A stretch of DNA of 63,979 nt, filler included, from Catajapyx aquilonaris (GCA_000934665.2; 3 parts of 3 records of this genome joined end to end with filler, not necessarily neighbours in it); one strand, 5' to 3'; numbered from the whole stretch's first letter, positions 25,165-38,324 are shown. Translations and numbers: made by a program. Notes: generated by a model from the sequence alone, not told the origin.

Positions 25165-25446
25165 TTATTTACCATTCCATGATCTGACATTCTTAGTTTC
25201 CTTCTGTGCTGGAGTCCTGGAGATAACATTGGCATGTTTAGCAAGAACGTGAGAATCAAACCACTTTTCATTTCTATACACTAAGTCACAGTGGTTGCAC
25301 TGGAAATACTTCTTGCTTTGGTGAATAATGGTGTGCCTGTCCAGTTTAACTTTACGTGTGAAACCTTCACCACACCATTGGCAAACATGTTTCTTCTTCC
25401 TGTGCTGCTCCCATCCACCATTCTCATCAGCCACCACAGTCTCTGC
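25165..25446 (-). CDS. duplicated C2H2 zinc-finger exon (2 intact fingers); terminal exon or pseudo-exon
   Basis: Same acceptor as 29468; CQWC...HTIIH and CNHC...HVLAKH; stop TAA at 25167-25165. Confidence 0.5.
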   Translation of the reverse strand, partial: AETVVADENGGWEQHRKKKHVCQWCGEGFTRKVKLDRHTIIHQSKKYFQCNHCDLVYRNEKWFDSHVLAKHANVISRTPAQKETKNVRSWNGK

Positions 25447-26277
25447 CTAAAAAGAAACATGTACATGTATCAGTTTTAAATTGAAGTGCACCATTATTGT
25501 GCTATAGAAAAGCAGGTTGCTTGTACATTTCACTAATGCCAACTCAATGAGCCAGAATAGGTCTCTGATAATGCCACAAGTCTACTACTTCCCATGCAGT
25601 TCCATTGGAACTACAGTGGAGCTTCGATTATACGAACACCGATCAACCGAAACCTCAGTTAACCGAAAGCGTTCGAGTCGGCAAATTCAAATTTGCGCGC
25701 GAGATTTAGTGGCAAAAAAAACAAACTACATCTTGGGTCGAATTTTCGTCTTTTAGCTAGTAGTGCCTGTTCAGAACTGATTAGTTAGTAAATAGGCGCT
25801 TTTAGTGGTACTGTTTAAAGTGGAATTTTCGTAGTTCTATTAGCCACTTTTTACAAACCAGTGCTGTATAGCCTAATCAGTGCGATTAAGTGCTTAATAG
25901 TGACAATTGACAGTTGACGCCTGCACACAACATGCATCCTGGTGTAAACAAGTGAAGGAGAAAGCGATGATGGACAATGCGACTGATGAGTATGGAGCAG
26001 GGCCGCCGGGCAGTACATCTGGGTTGTGATCTAGGTTATTCCTCGTACTGTGGGATTTTAGGCATACAAGCCTGTAGAGGCGGAAGATGTGTGAGCCCAC
26101 GGTGCAGGATGTAAAAGATCGATTGCTGACTTCACCAATACAGGGTGTTACAAGTTTGTGGGTCATTTTATTTATAACTAATATCACCCGAAGTAGTTAT
26201 TTTTTGTAGCTCGTCCCAAATTTACTTCCAGGTATGACAAACGTCTGGGGAGAGGTGATCCTTACAGCTCTCGGCCC

Positions 26278-26542
26278 AAGGGGGTAGTCACTCCTCAAAA
26301 AAGTGTACACCTGCTCTCTTGAGTTGCAGCTCTCCACGGCTCTCCCCTGGCTCACCAGCAGGCTCACCCACGGTCTTATGGGCTCACCGATGCCGCAGAG
26401 AGCCGCAGAGAGGCAACTACGTCACAACCCGCGGGGTTGATGATATGACGTCAAAATGACGTAGTTTTCCGTCGGCTCTCCTCTGCTCTCTGCGGCTCAA
26501 CAGTGAGGGTGTACAACGGCTCTCCGAAGTGGCTACCCCCTT
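26278..26542. mobile_element. MITE (Harbinger-like)
   Basis: AAGGGGGTAGTCACT...AGTGGCTACCCCCTT inverted ends. Confidence 0.55.
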
Positions 26543-26859
26543 GTCTCGGCCTATCAGAGATGGTCCCTCGTCGGAGTGAAACTAACAGTTATTTTGCTGC
26601 AACTGTTATTTAAATAGCTGTTGTTTCCAATGCCTGGTGAGGGACCATCTCGCATTGGTCGGATAGCTGTCATCACCTCTCCCCAAAAGTTTGTGGCGTA
26701 ACAAGCTATGTTAGCTACCCAAAAATTACTAGGGTTGTGAACCAAACCGAACCCGCTAACAGCGGAGCCACTCCGGAGGAGTAGAGCCGGGTTCGGAGAG
26801 AGTGTTGCGTCACATCGGAGCATGGTTCGGAGGGAAGGTGGAGCCTTCAACCATGTATA

Positions 26860-27253
26860 CAGGGTGGTCCAACTTCAAGTGTTGTTTTATAACGGCTATT
26901 AATGGAAGCGCTTTACGATTATCGTAGCAGCCACGTGTAAAATGGCCCACTTCGGCACCATCGAAAATATTAGCTGTGTTTCGTTTGGAGGCTTCTCCCT
27001 TGCATTACAGGTCCATGGTCCATCTGGTGCCTTGGACGTCACCCATTTCACCCAGGCGCATCGCAGGTCATGTTTGCACCTCCTTTTTTCCAGGTCAACC
27101 CAGCAGCAGGGTTGATTACATGTGTGCTGCTATTGGCAGCTAATATTTTCGATGGCGCCGAAGTGGGACATTTTACACGTCGCTGCTACGTCATCGCAAA
27201 ATCACTGCTATTAATCGCCGTTATAAAACGACACTTGAAGTTGGACCACCCTG
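26860..27253. mobile_element. Tc1/mariner MITE
   Basis: TA|CAGGGTGGTCCAACTTCAAGTGT...ACACTTGAAGTTGGACCACCCTG|TA; about 115-bp TIRs. Confidence 0.85.
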
Positions 27254-27719
27254 TACTAGGTAGAATGGTAGATGGTCCCTCTCCCTCTCAAAAGTGGGTC
27301 CAACATCTCCGAGGGGGGGGATCACGTGACGACTGGCAAAAGGGAGGCGGGAATACGAATTAGCGTGGCACCTTTATGGCGATTGCAGCTCGCTTTGCGC
27401 CGTCACTGTTGAGGCGCCTATTGGGACTCAAAATATGCAATGCGTCCCAAATGAAAACTCCACTGAAGCTCCGTCTCATGCCATACATCTCCAACGGTGA
27501 GGTTGAGCAGGGCATCGGTTACACGAGGACATACAAAACCCTACCCTTTGTCATTGCTTGTCGGCGTAAGTGCAGTTTGTGTTACTACATCGCTCAAACA
27601 ACCCCATTAACATGTTCCAAATTTTAATATGTCGTAAATACAATCTTCCTCTGCAATTTACACCAACTCATGGCTGACTATTGATGTTGATTTAATTATT
27701 CGAAAATTAAAAAGTGAAC

Positions 27720-27775
27720 ATATCCTCCTGAGACCTGATGTCCAATATATTGGACGTCAGGTCTCAGGAGGATAT
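27720..27775. repeat. 56-bp near-perfect palindrome (mini-MITE)
   Basis: ATATCCTCCTGAGACCTGATGTCCAATA|TATTGGACGTCAGGTCTCAGGAGGATAT; half copy near 28601. Confidence 0.7.
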
Positions 27776-27887
27776 ACTTAGGGTATATCACAGCAGCTTG
27801 AGTTAGGTACAGATGGAAAATCTCTGCAGGGTATGCCTGCAGCAACAAAGATTGTCACAGACTCATCTTTTTGTATTTCCTAATACA

Positions 27888-28206
27888 CAGCCCAGTGACA
27901 CTCCCTATCCCAGTACATTGCTCCCTGCGTGAGCTTAGCTCTGATCTCCCACCGAGGGGGTTTGCCATGGGCGGCGCTAGTATCCCTACCCAGTAGCACA
28001 GCGCCTTACCTAGCGGGGATATTCTGAACCAGGCATAGAGGCGTCAGCCCCCCATGCGTGATGATGCAAATTTATGGTTTTAGAATGACCCGTCAGGTGA
28101 GGCGCTGCGATACTGCGTAGGGAGACTAGCACCGCCCGTGGCAAACCCCCTTGGTGGGGGAGCAGAGCTAAGCTCACTCAAAATGGCGGGGAGTGTCATC
28201 CGGCTG
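27888..28206. mobile_element. hAT MITE
   Basis: TIR CAGCCCAGTGACACTCCC / GGGAGTGTCATCCGGCTG; perfect 8-bp TSD CTAATACA. Confidence 0.85.
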
Positions 28207-28483
28207 CTAATACACATTCCTTGCGAATCCCAGGAAATTCACTGCATTGGAAGAAAATCGCACTCTAAATACGAGTAAAAAATAAAACTTATCAGGCGAG
28301 CGCCTAGCTTCATCAGCGGCATCAGCCATTTTCGCGACTGATTTAATTTTCGCAGCCAAAGTCAGATATTCGACACTAGGTGGCTTCACCCATTGAGGCC
28401 CGATTGTAATCATAGGACCTACAGATTAGGCCTACAGGTCTCTTGGCATCACTAGCTGGTGCCAATTTTTTTTTTTTTGCTGA

Positions 28484-28592
28484 TGTACTATATCACTCAA
28501 AAACAGAGAGACGATTTTGCATTTGATTCAAGTGCAGGCTGCAGTCAAGTCAAATGCAAAATCATCTCTATGTTTTTGAGTGATATAGTACA
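28484..28592. repeat. palindromic MITE-like hairpin
   Basis: TGTACTATATCACTCAAAAACA...TGTTTTTGAGTGATATAGTACA. Confidence 0.7.
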
Positions 28593-28682
28593 CACATGAC
28601 GACATCAGGTCTCAGTAGGATATGAGTGATTTCCTTATGACAGGTAAAAAAAAAGTTGCATCAAGAGAAGTTCAAAACTCAC

Positions 28683-29468
28683 CTTTGGTGGTTCATTTTC
28701 TTCTACGATGTCACTACTCATTTCAGGCAGACCCCAGTCACTTTCCATGTGTAATTTCACATGAGTGTGAAGGGCCTGCATGTGAGGAAAGAATTCATCA
28801 CAGATCTTGCACGTTAGTATTCCTCTGTGCAGAAGCATATGGCACTTCATAGAGAAATCCATCGGGATTTCTTCTCCACAAACATTGCATTTGGTGCCTT
28901 TTCTTTGTTCACGAGAGAGAATCATCTCCATTTTGACTTGTGAAACATCCGTCCCATGTACAGTTCTGTTTCTCATAACGGTATGAGAAATCACAGGTGA
29001 GGTAACACTTTCAGAACTGCCCTTTGTGACCATCCGATTTGTGACCATCCGTTTAATCCGAACCACATCATCTGTGTTTGCTTCACCTTGTTTTATAATG
29101 TTCCCCTGTGTAACATCCATTTCTGGATGTGTCACTATCATATGCATCTCACAGTTCTCCTTCCAGCGGAACTCAAGTCCACATACTGTGCACACAAAGT
29201 TTTTTCCACCATTCTTAGTTTCCTTCTGTGCTGGAGTCTTGGAGGTAACATTCGAATGTTTGGCAACAACGTGAGCAGCAAACCACTTTTCATTTCTATA
29301 AAGTAAGTCACAGTGGTTGCATTGGAAATACTTCTTGCTTTGATGAATAATGGTGTGCCTGTCCAGTTTAACTTTACGTGTGAAACCTTCACCACACCAT
29401 TGGCAAACATGTTTCTTCTTCCTGTGCTGCTCCCATCCACCATTCTCATCAGCCACCACAGTCTCTGC
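28683..29468 (-). CDS. C2H2 zinc-finger protein, main exon (5 fingers)
   Basis: Acceptor TTTTTAG|GCA; five CxxC...HxxxH fingers; donor AAG|GTGAGT at 28683, phase 0; unspliced ORF would stop at 28635. Confidence 0.85.
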
Positions 29469-29672
29469 CTAAAAAGAAACATGTACATGTATCAGTTTTA
29501 AATTGAAGTGCACCATTATTGTGCTATTGAAAAGCAGGTTGCTTGTACATTTCACTAATGCCAACTCAATGAGCCAGAATAGGTCTCTGATAATGCCACA
29601 AGTCTACTACTTCCCATGCAGTTCCACTGGAACTACATCATTTACGCTTCTGGTATCTGCTCAATGGCTCAC

Positions 29673-29687
29673 CTCATAGTAGTGCAT
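29673..29687 (-). CDS. C2H2 zinc-finger protein, probable start exon (exon 29704-29673)
   Basis: TACAG|...GCCATGCACTACTATGAG|GTGAGC encodes MHYYE, phase 0, in frame with the main exon. Confidence 0.6.
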
Positions 29688-30142
29688 GGCAATTCTATCC
29701 CAACCTGTACTATTTACACAGTAACCTTGCGAAATCTTACATGAAGTTCATGTTCAAATAATTTTTTCCAGGTTCCTTATCTGCTAAAAAGAAAACACCC
29801 TCCCAGAAAAATCCTTGCTCTCAAGCATTTTTTTGATACAGGAGTCAAAGGATCAAAAATGGAACACTTTATGAAAGCCCCTGAAGATTCTACTAGTAGT
29901 GCTACGGGAAAGATTTTTGGTGTCTTTGATTGCTTGGGATGGGGAATACAATGCCAAAACCAGATATTGTGGATTACGTAAGTTAGGGGGAGCACAGTAG
30001 CAAAAAAAACAGTAAAGCAGATGGCCCTGCAGCTATAGCTGTAAAGTGAGCCCACCAAATGATTGTAGAGCCGTTTGTGCTACGCGCATCCAGAAAAGAA
30101 GTGGTCTTGTACTAGAAATATTACAATATTATTCACCCCCCA

Positions 30143-31854
30143 GAAGTTGTATTACATACCTCTGAAAGCTTCAGCTGTCTACTTTTTTCAACATAGGTTC
30201 CACCAAATTGAGGCATTTGTCATAAACTTTTGCTGCCAGCCATTTCCCTGCTGGACTGCAACTCCTCGTCATCGTCAAACCTCTCCTTTGCATGACATTT
30301 CTTCATGCCCATGGACAGGTGGTCATCTCCAGGCTCTAAATCCCAGTTCTAAGGAGGGTCATTGAACAATTCTCACTTGAATAGTTGCAGCAGGGCTCCC
30401 AAGTGCGCAAGACTATAGGTGAGAATTGTCGCGCATGAAAAACACCCCGGAACTCAACATGCCACTACGTTTCTACAACCCAAAGGTTTATTGCATGACA
30501 TTACAGAAGTTAAGGACGGCCATTCAAAAGAAATGTCTCAGTATGTTGAGTTCTGGGGTGTTTTTCTTGTGCGACAATTCTCGCCTATAGCCTTGCGCAC
30601 TTGGGAGCTTGCTGCAACAATTCACATGAGAATTGTTCCATCACCCTCCATAGAACCAGGATTTAGAGCCTAGCAATTACTACCTGTCATTGGGCATGAA
30701 GAAATGACATGCAAACTGGAGGTTTGACGATGACGAGGAGTTGCAGTCCAGTGGGGAAATGACTGGCGGGTGGCGGCAAACTTTATGACTTAGGCCTTCA
30801 AAATACCGTAAAATCTCGTTTTAGCGAACACCAATACAACGAAATTTCAATAGAACGCAATAAAAATAACATTTTGGCTGGCCAGCCGTAAGAGCAATGT
30901 ATTTGTAATCCCGTTACTACGAAATTTTCAGTACAACGAATACGACAGGTGGTTCTCCGGCTACTATTAACCCCGATATAACGAAATATGCAATAGTTTC
31001 ATGCTCCACCACATGTGCTCCAGCATTGTCTCGCGATAGGCGAGTGTGTGGTCATGCGTAACACTGTCAACAATCGTGAAATGTTGGGGTAGAAGTTGCA
31101 TTAAGGGGTCGGCAGTGTCTGTTTTGGGGAGTGACCAGGACGGTGAAGACTCAGATGACCCTGACGACCTGTCTGTGTAGAGGTCCGATGCTGAAAGCAC
31201 CAGCGTGCCGGATAAAGTTACCTTTCACGATTTTGTAGCCGCAGATGACCACGTACAGGTGTGCCAGGAGTTGAGATTCGGTCATACTTGCGGGGGAAAT
31301 AAAAATAACCAATCTCGATTTAACGAAATTCCGTTATTATGAAAAGATTTGCCCGGTCCCGCGGGCTTCGGTGTAACTAGATTTTACCTGTATTATGTAA
31401 CTTATGAGTTATGACAAATGCCTGAATTTGGCTAATGTTGAAAAAATTACATTAGGTTGTGTCGTTGTGCCGGGGACACAAGCCGCAGCTTTTGCGGGCT
31501 CAACCTTCATTATGTTTCACTTTTCTCAACTATAATGGCAGGGGGCATGCAGGCGTGGATATGTCTTTAAAATCGGATCCGGGGGCATGCAGGCAAACTC
31601 GAGCGTTACAGAAAAGCGTCGGTTATAGCAGACTTCGTTATAATAGACTGTAACGCTTTTCTCGCCTGCATGCCCCCGGCAGGACCCTGCTGTAACACTT
31701 TTCTGTAACGCTCGAGTTTGCCTGCATGCCCCCTGATCAGATTTTAAAGACGTATCCACGTCAAAAAAGGAGACAGCTGAAGCTTTCAGAGGTATGTAAT
31801 ACAACTTCCAGCAGTGCATTGCAGTTTTTCTAATAAAAAACAAAATCTGCCTTG
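30143..31854. mobile_element. palindromic mariner derivative with nested insertions
   Basis: Inverted arms 30143-30460 versus 30543-30790 and 31410-31810; decayed HPPYSPDLAP-like, RFDDDEELQ and YDKCLN..VEK motifs. Confidence 0.7.
30806..31390 (+). mobile_element. pogo/Tigger remnant (nested)
   Basis: TA|CCGTAAAATCTCGTT...AACTAGATTTTACCTG|TA; VTFHDFVAADDHVQVCQEL resembles the Tigger C-terminus. Confidence 0.6.
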
Positions 31855-32256
31855 TACAACAATCCAGCAAGGCAGATCTAGCTAGACAGATGTTGCCACC
31901 TCTCAAGCTATCCCCCATCCCATATGTTTTATTCGAGTCTTTTACTTAGCCCCCCTAGTGAAACACGTCCAACTCGGTCAGCCATCTTGTCTGGAGTCCC
32001 CTTTATTTCCAACCTTGTACTCATACAACACACTACATCTCCCCCCTTAGCTGTTGTTTCCATACTAATACAATTTTCTTCCCCTTACTTCCTGACTTAC
32101 AAGTCCAACTTTTCCACTGCTTCTGCCAACTCCTGGGGATCATGTGGACTGGGGATATACTTGGAGGGAAGGATGGGAACTGGGGTACGAATCCTTCTCC
32201 CCATCAGCAATTGTGCTGNGTAACTGGGGTGATTCAATCGACCCGGTAATGTGGGT

Positions 32257-34607
32257 TCATCCAAGCAGGAGCTGTGTACGAGACGTCTGATTCCCACGAG
32301 TATCCGAGAGAGTGTGTAGATATGGATATTCCGCTTTCTTTATTCTCCCATTAACAACGTTAACTCCTGTCTCTGCCATGCCGTTACTCTGGGGGAATTT
32401 CGGACTTGATGTAACGTGCCTGAATCCATAACTGCGTGCGAATTCTGCAAACTCCGAGCCTAATATCATCCGGAATTGAGTTCCGTTGTCGCTCCTTACT
32501 AATTCTGGAATGCCGTGTCTGGCAAAGACGGATTTGCAGTGTACAATAACCGCCCTTGCCGTAAGAGATTCCAACCTGGCCATTTCAGGATACCTTGAAT
32601 AATAGTCCGTAATGACCAGGTACCACGCCCCCTTGACCTTCATTAGATCCATGGCAAGTTCCTGCCATGGCCTTGTCGGGAATTTCGTGGGCATGAGTGG
32701 TTCGTGGCGGTTCTGTCTTTCCTTGACGCACTCTCCACAGTACCTCACCATCTCTTCGACCTGCTTCCCAATTCCAGGCCACCACACCGTCTCTCTAGCT
32801 CGTGCACGGCATCTGGTGATTCCTAAATGGCTCTCATGGATGCGTCTCAGGATTTCCTTCCTTCCCTGAGGAGGAATGAGGATTCTTCCAGCGTAAACCA
32901 CCAACCCTTCTTGGATCCCCAACTGATGGCGGTATTGCCAATACTGGTAGCAATTTGGGTCTACCCTCCGCTTGTCCGGCCAACCTTCTTCTATGTAGGT
33001 CTTCAGTCTCCGGCACACAGGGTCGCTCTGCTGTTCTCCCCATATCTCCAATAACTTCTCATCCGATGACGGGAATGAAGCTACTGCCATACGAACGAAT
33101 GCTTCTGTAGCTTCCTCCAGTTCAGGGTCATCTGTTTGCCTTGTTGGGTGTCGGGAAAGAAAATCCGCCACCTCTAGGTCCTTCCCTGCTGTGTGGTAGA
33201 TCATAAAGGAATATCTCATCAATCGTAACCGCAGACGTTGCAATCTCGGGCTCAGATCATCCAATTGCTTGTCTGTCAAGATCGGGACCAATGGCTTGTG
33301 GTCCGTCTCTAGGAGGAAATGGCTTCCCACCAGGAAGTCCTTAAATCTTTCGCATGCCCATGTTAACGCTAGGCACTCTTTTTCTATTTGAGCGTATTTC
33401 CTCTCTGCTGGCGTCAATGTCCTAGACGCATATGCTATCACTTGCCTCTTTCCGGCTTCGTCCTTTTGGCTCAAGTATGCTCCCAGTCCGTATGAGGAAG
33501 AATCTGCAGACGCATTACTCTGCTTTGCTGGGTCATACACTGCAAGGATCGGTTCTGCTAGCAAGGCGTCCTTCACCCACTGGAATGCCTCTTCTTGGGA
33601 TGGACCCCATTCCCAAGGAGTCTTCGCCCCTAGCAGGATGTTGAGCGGCTGCACCTTTTCGGCCAGGTTTGGTAGGTACCGGGCCAAGTAGTTTACCATG
33701 CCCAGAAATGACCTCACCTCTTGCACTGCCTTGGGTCTGGGCAACTCCGCTATTGCTTTTACTTTCTCTTCATCCGGCTTGATGCCTTCTGCCCCAACTC
33801 GATGGCCTAGGAATTTAACTTCTTCCTTCCCAAAGAAGCACTTGTCTTTGTTCAACGTGAGGCCCCCTGTTTGTAACTTCTGCAGGACCACACGCAGGCG
33901 TTCATCGTGTTCTTCTGTATCTTTTCCCCACACCAGAATATCATCCATGTGGCAGACTACACCTGTGGCACCTCGTAGCATGTCTCTCATGCGACGAGAA
34001 AAGTGTTCCGGGGCAGAGGTAATTCCAAAGGGAAGTCTATTGAACCGGTATCTCCCAAATGGAGTGATGAAGGTTGTCAGGAACGAGGATTCTTTGTCCA
34101 ACGGCACTTGCCAGAATCCTGCATTGGCGTCTATCTTGCTCAATACCTTAGCTCCTGCCAGCTGACCTAGGGTGTGCTCAACTGCTGGCAATAGAAACCT
34201 TTCTCTGTTGAGACTCCTATTCAACTGCGATAAATCAACACATATCCTTATTTGCCCTTTTGCTTTGGGTGCTATGACCATAGGAGCACACCACTGTGTG
34301 GGCCCCGTCACTGGTGTTATCACGCCTCGTTGGACCATGTTCTCCAGTTCGGTCTTGGCTTTTTCTAACAAGGGTATAGGAATACGCCTGGGATTGTTCA
34401 AGGAAAAGGGTTCTGCTCCTGGTTTAAGGGCAATTTTGTACTCCCCTTCCAACTTCCCTAGTCCGGTAAACAAAGATGGGAATTCCTTCTCTGGGTTCAG
34501 GGAGGTCAGGGGTGAGGATGTGGGTTTGTTCAAGTTGGTCACTAGCGCCACTTGTTTGACTACGTCCAGTACGCGCAATGCTGGTTTGCCTAGTAGAGGT
34601 GACGTAA
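32257..34607 (-). CDS. pol: Gypsy pol: RT, RNase H, integrase (truncated, non-functional)
   Basis: IRICVDLSQLN, LPFGITSAPEHF, HMDDILVWG, ADSSSYGLGA, TDHKPL, HHCC zinc motif, DYYSRY/SDNG/SNGMAE. Confidence 0.93.
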
Positions 34608-34827
34608 CCCTTACGGAAATTTTAAGGTTGTAATGAAGTTGTATGTGGTTGTTCCATGGTTGCAAGGTTGTATTTCAGGTTGAAACGAGGTTGTTGCGAG
34701 GTTGCGAGGTTGTTAACAGGTTGCGTATGGGTTGCGCCTAATACGACCTGGTTATTTACAACTCCAGTAAGGTTGTAGAAGGTTGCATTCTGCAACCTTA
34801 CAACCTTGCAACGTTAGTTACAACTAT

Positions 34828-36250
34828 GCGACCTCATTTTCCAACTATGTGAAGGTTGTTTCCTGAGGTTGTATAATCCAACGTCATACAACTTGTACCT
34901 CACAGGTTGCGTGGAGGTTGGGTTTCGCAACCTCACAACCTCGCAACCTTGCGACCTCATATTCCGACCACGTCAAGGTTGTTTCCTGAGGTTGCACAAT
35001 CCAACGTCATACAACTTGTATCTCACAGGTTGCGTGGAGGTTGGGTTTCGCAACCTCACAACCTCGCCAGTGAGGAGCAACCTTGCGACCTCATATTCCG
35101 ACCACGTCAAGGTTGTTTCCTGAGGTTGTACAATCCAACGTCATACAACTTGTATCTCACAGGTCGCGTGGAGGTTGGGTTTCGCAACCTCACAACCTCG
35201 CAACCTTGCGACCTCATATTCCAACCACGTCAAGGTTGTTTCCTGAGGTTGTACAATCCAACGTCATACAACTTGTACCTCACAGGTCGCGTGGAGGTTG
35301 GGTTTCGCAACCTCACAACCTCGCCAGTGAGGAGCAACCTTGCAACCTCACAACCTCGCCAGTGAGGAGCAACCTTGCGACCTCATATTCCAACCACGTC
35401 AAGGTTGTTTCCTGAGGTTGTACAATCCAACGTCATACAACTTGTATCTCACAGGTCGCGTGGAGGTTGGGATTCGCAACCTCACAACCTCGCCAGTGAG
35501 GAGCAACCTTGCGACCTCATATTCCAACCACGTCAAGGTTGTTTTCGGAGGTTGTACAATCCAACGTCATACAACTTGTACAGTTGTACCTCACAGGTCG
35601 CGAGGAGGTTGGGTTTCGCAACCTCACAACATCGTCAGTGAGGAGCAACCTTGCGACCTCATATTCCAACCACGTCAAGGTTGTTTCCTGAGGTTGTACA
35701 ATCCAACGTCATACAACTTGTATCTCGCAGGTTGCGTGGAGGTTGGGTTTCGCAACCTCACAACCTCGCAACCTTGCGACCTCATATTCCGACCACGTCA
35801 AGGTTGTTTCCTGAGGTTGTACAATCCAACGTCATACAACTTGTATCTCACAGGTCGCGTGGAGGTTGGGTTTCGCAACCTCACAACCTCGCCAGTGAGG
35901 AGCAACCTTGCGACCACATATTCCAACCACGTTGAAGGTTCTTTCCGGAGGTTGTACAATCCAACGTCATACAACTTGTATCTCACAGGACGCGTGGAGG
36001 TTGGGATTCGCAACCTCACAACCTCGCCAGTGAGGAGCAACCTTGCGACCTCATATTCCAACCACGTCAAGGTTGTTTTCGGAGGTTGTACAATCCAACG
36101 TCATACAACTTGTACCTCACAGGTCGCGTGGAGGTTGGGGTTTGCAACCTCACAACCTTGCCATTGGGGAACAACATTGCGACCTCACTTTCCAACTACG
36201 TCAAGGTTGTTTCCTCAGGTTGTACAATCCAACGTCATACAACTTGTATC
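34828..36250. repeat. about 11-copy tandem array of a 123/134-bp unit in the transposon subterminus
   Basis: CGACCTCATATTCC recurs near 34828, 34952, 35086, 35209, 35378, 35512, 35654, 35777, 35911, 36046 and 36180. Confidence 0.9.
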
Positions 36251-37729
36251 TGACTTGTATCGCCCACCGCCGCCATCACCACTTGCGCCCACCACCCCAC
36301 CCTCACTCCTCCCAGTCCCAGAGCACATACTCCCCTAGTCCCCTCCCTCCCTCCCCTCGTGAGTGGCATGGCCACCTCAACCCAACCGCCTTGCCGCCCT
36401 TCTCGCATGCGACGATTGCGACCTGCTCGGCCCGGCCAGCCGGAGTCCCCGGAGACGAGCTCTGGCCGAGGCCGGCCACAGGGAAGAAGCCCAGTACATA
36501 CGCAGGCTGTCCAGTCACGTATGATTCGGGGAACAGTTCGTGCCTGTGTGGGGCCGCGGTGTGCTGATGTCAGCCTGTGCCCTGTGCCTCGAAACTACAT
36601 TATCAGAGACAGTACCCGACGCTTCCAACGTTCCACACTGGTATGAACTATTCCGACCGCATATGAGATGGGCCTGCTGTAGCTGTGAACACCCAGCAAC
36701 GTGCGGGCGGGTCGGATCTTCCTTCATCCACATACCAGCCCTGCCTGTATGTGCTGCAGCCTACTACTGGTACGTGAATAATTATGTTGGTATTCTATAG
36801 CTAGCTAGTTTGCATTCTAGCCATTGTAGTTAGATCAACCCTAATGCGTCATAATTATACTGTATACCACATTCCAGATGCACAGCACTATCTTGTTTTC
36901 CACGTCCAGCTACACTATTCGCTGCTAGCCTCATGGGCCACCTTATGCCAACGAAGGTCTCCCTATAGCCTATGCCTACTGCCGTTGTGTGCTGCCCCTG
37001 TTGGTCACCGTTCAGGCTGCAGTGGTTTTTCTGCATCTGAAGATTGTTCCTCATCACTTCCGTATTAGCACACTGCAGCAATAGGTTGGTTTTAATTTTC
37101 ACAAATCTCGCAAGACATTGATAACTGTTGGGAGCTACAGTAATGCTAGAGGAGGTCAAAAATCAGCATAATGTTTTAGATGGTATTCAAATGGCTGTCC
37201 TGTCCCTGGCGGAGGATGCACACAGATTATTGGTGGCACAATGCAAGTCTTTGATTTTATTACATGTAATGATTTTGACTTTGCGAGCACAGTCGTAGAT
37301 TTTCAGTTTTGGGTGGGTGGTGGCAAGGAAGGATATATGGGGAGTTACATTTTTCATGTCCAGCTTCTTGTGATTTTTACTCCACATACAATTGAGTGGT
37401 TCATAGCAAGAATGGCGTATGCCACTCAATGGGCTAAACTGAGTTATCACCACTGATAGAATCCTCACACCATATTCTAACAGTGTCACAGACTTTCAAA
37501 CGTGTTTATTTACTTTTGTCTCTAATGTGGCATACGCCATTCTTGTTCTCAACCACTCAATTGTACTGTGTGACAAGCACCCTCATAGAATTTTGCATGG
37601 CAGAACCATACTATGACAGTATACTTGTTGCACACCATCTGTCACAAAACGTTGCAGCCACTTGCACATTACTGGGACATGTAATGTGTCGCCACTACTT
37701 TTTGTGACCCATAGTGCAGGGTAACTGAA

Positions 37730-38167
37730 AGATGTATGTATATTTTAAGGCGTGATCGAGTGACTAGAAAGGAACATTTTTGGCCAATACACTTGGTGCC
37801 GCAGGCACATCGTTACATCAGAAAACGACAATTTGTGCATATGACTTTCAGGTCATAGGTATGTGGGTTTCTTTGGCAGGAACAGGCTTTTTTGATACAG
37901 CTTCTTTGGGAATAAATCCTCGGGCACTTGTTTGCAGGGGCAGGTAAACCTTATTAGGTGAAAAATCATGTCCAATTGCGGCTTTTTCCACACAACCGTT
38001 GAGTCCTGAGCTCACGATAGCGCTCTAACAAACCATCATTCCTATGACAACATTCTTGAGATGCGTACTCGTTTTCTGACTTAACGACGCATCTGAGGCA
38101 CCAAGTGTATTTGCAAGAAATGGTCCTTTCTAGTCACTCCATCACTCCTCAATATATGAGTACATCA
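37730..38167. mobile_element. MITE-like inverted-repeat element nested in the CMC element
   Basis: GAGTGACTAGAAAGGA...AATACACTTGGTGCC versus GGCACCAAGTGTATT...TCCTTTCTAGTCACTC. Confidence 0.55.
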
Positions 38168-38324
38168 TTAACAGTCATGTACTTCAAAATGATATTCGTC
38201 GGTGTCTGTGCTGCTCGTACACTTGAGTAAAAAATATATGCCATGATTTTGGCTCAACTGCATATATGCATCATGGCAACGGTGACATATTTGAAAATAC
38301 TGCACGTCTTTAATTTTTTTTCAG

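Noticed and set aside
34608..34665. N-terminus of the 802-aa pol ORF
   Set aside because: Read-through from the inserted transposon TIR, not retroelement sequence
34828..36338. CRISPR-like array, or repetitive ORFs including the 332-aa one
   Set aside because: Units are contiguous with no unique spacers and no cas genes; the ORFs are by-products of the tandem repeat
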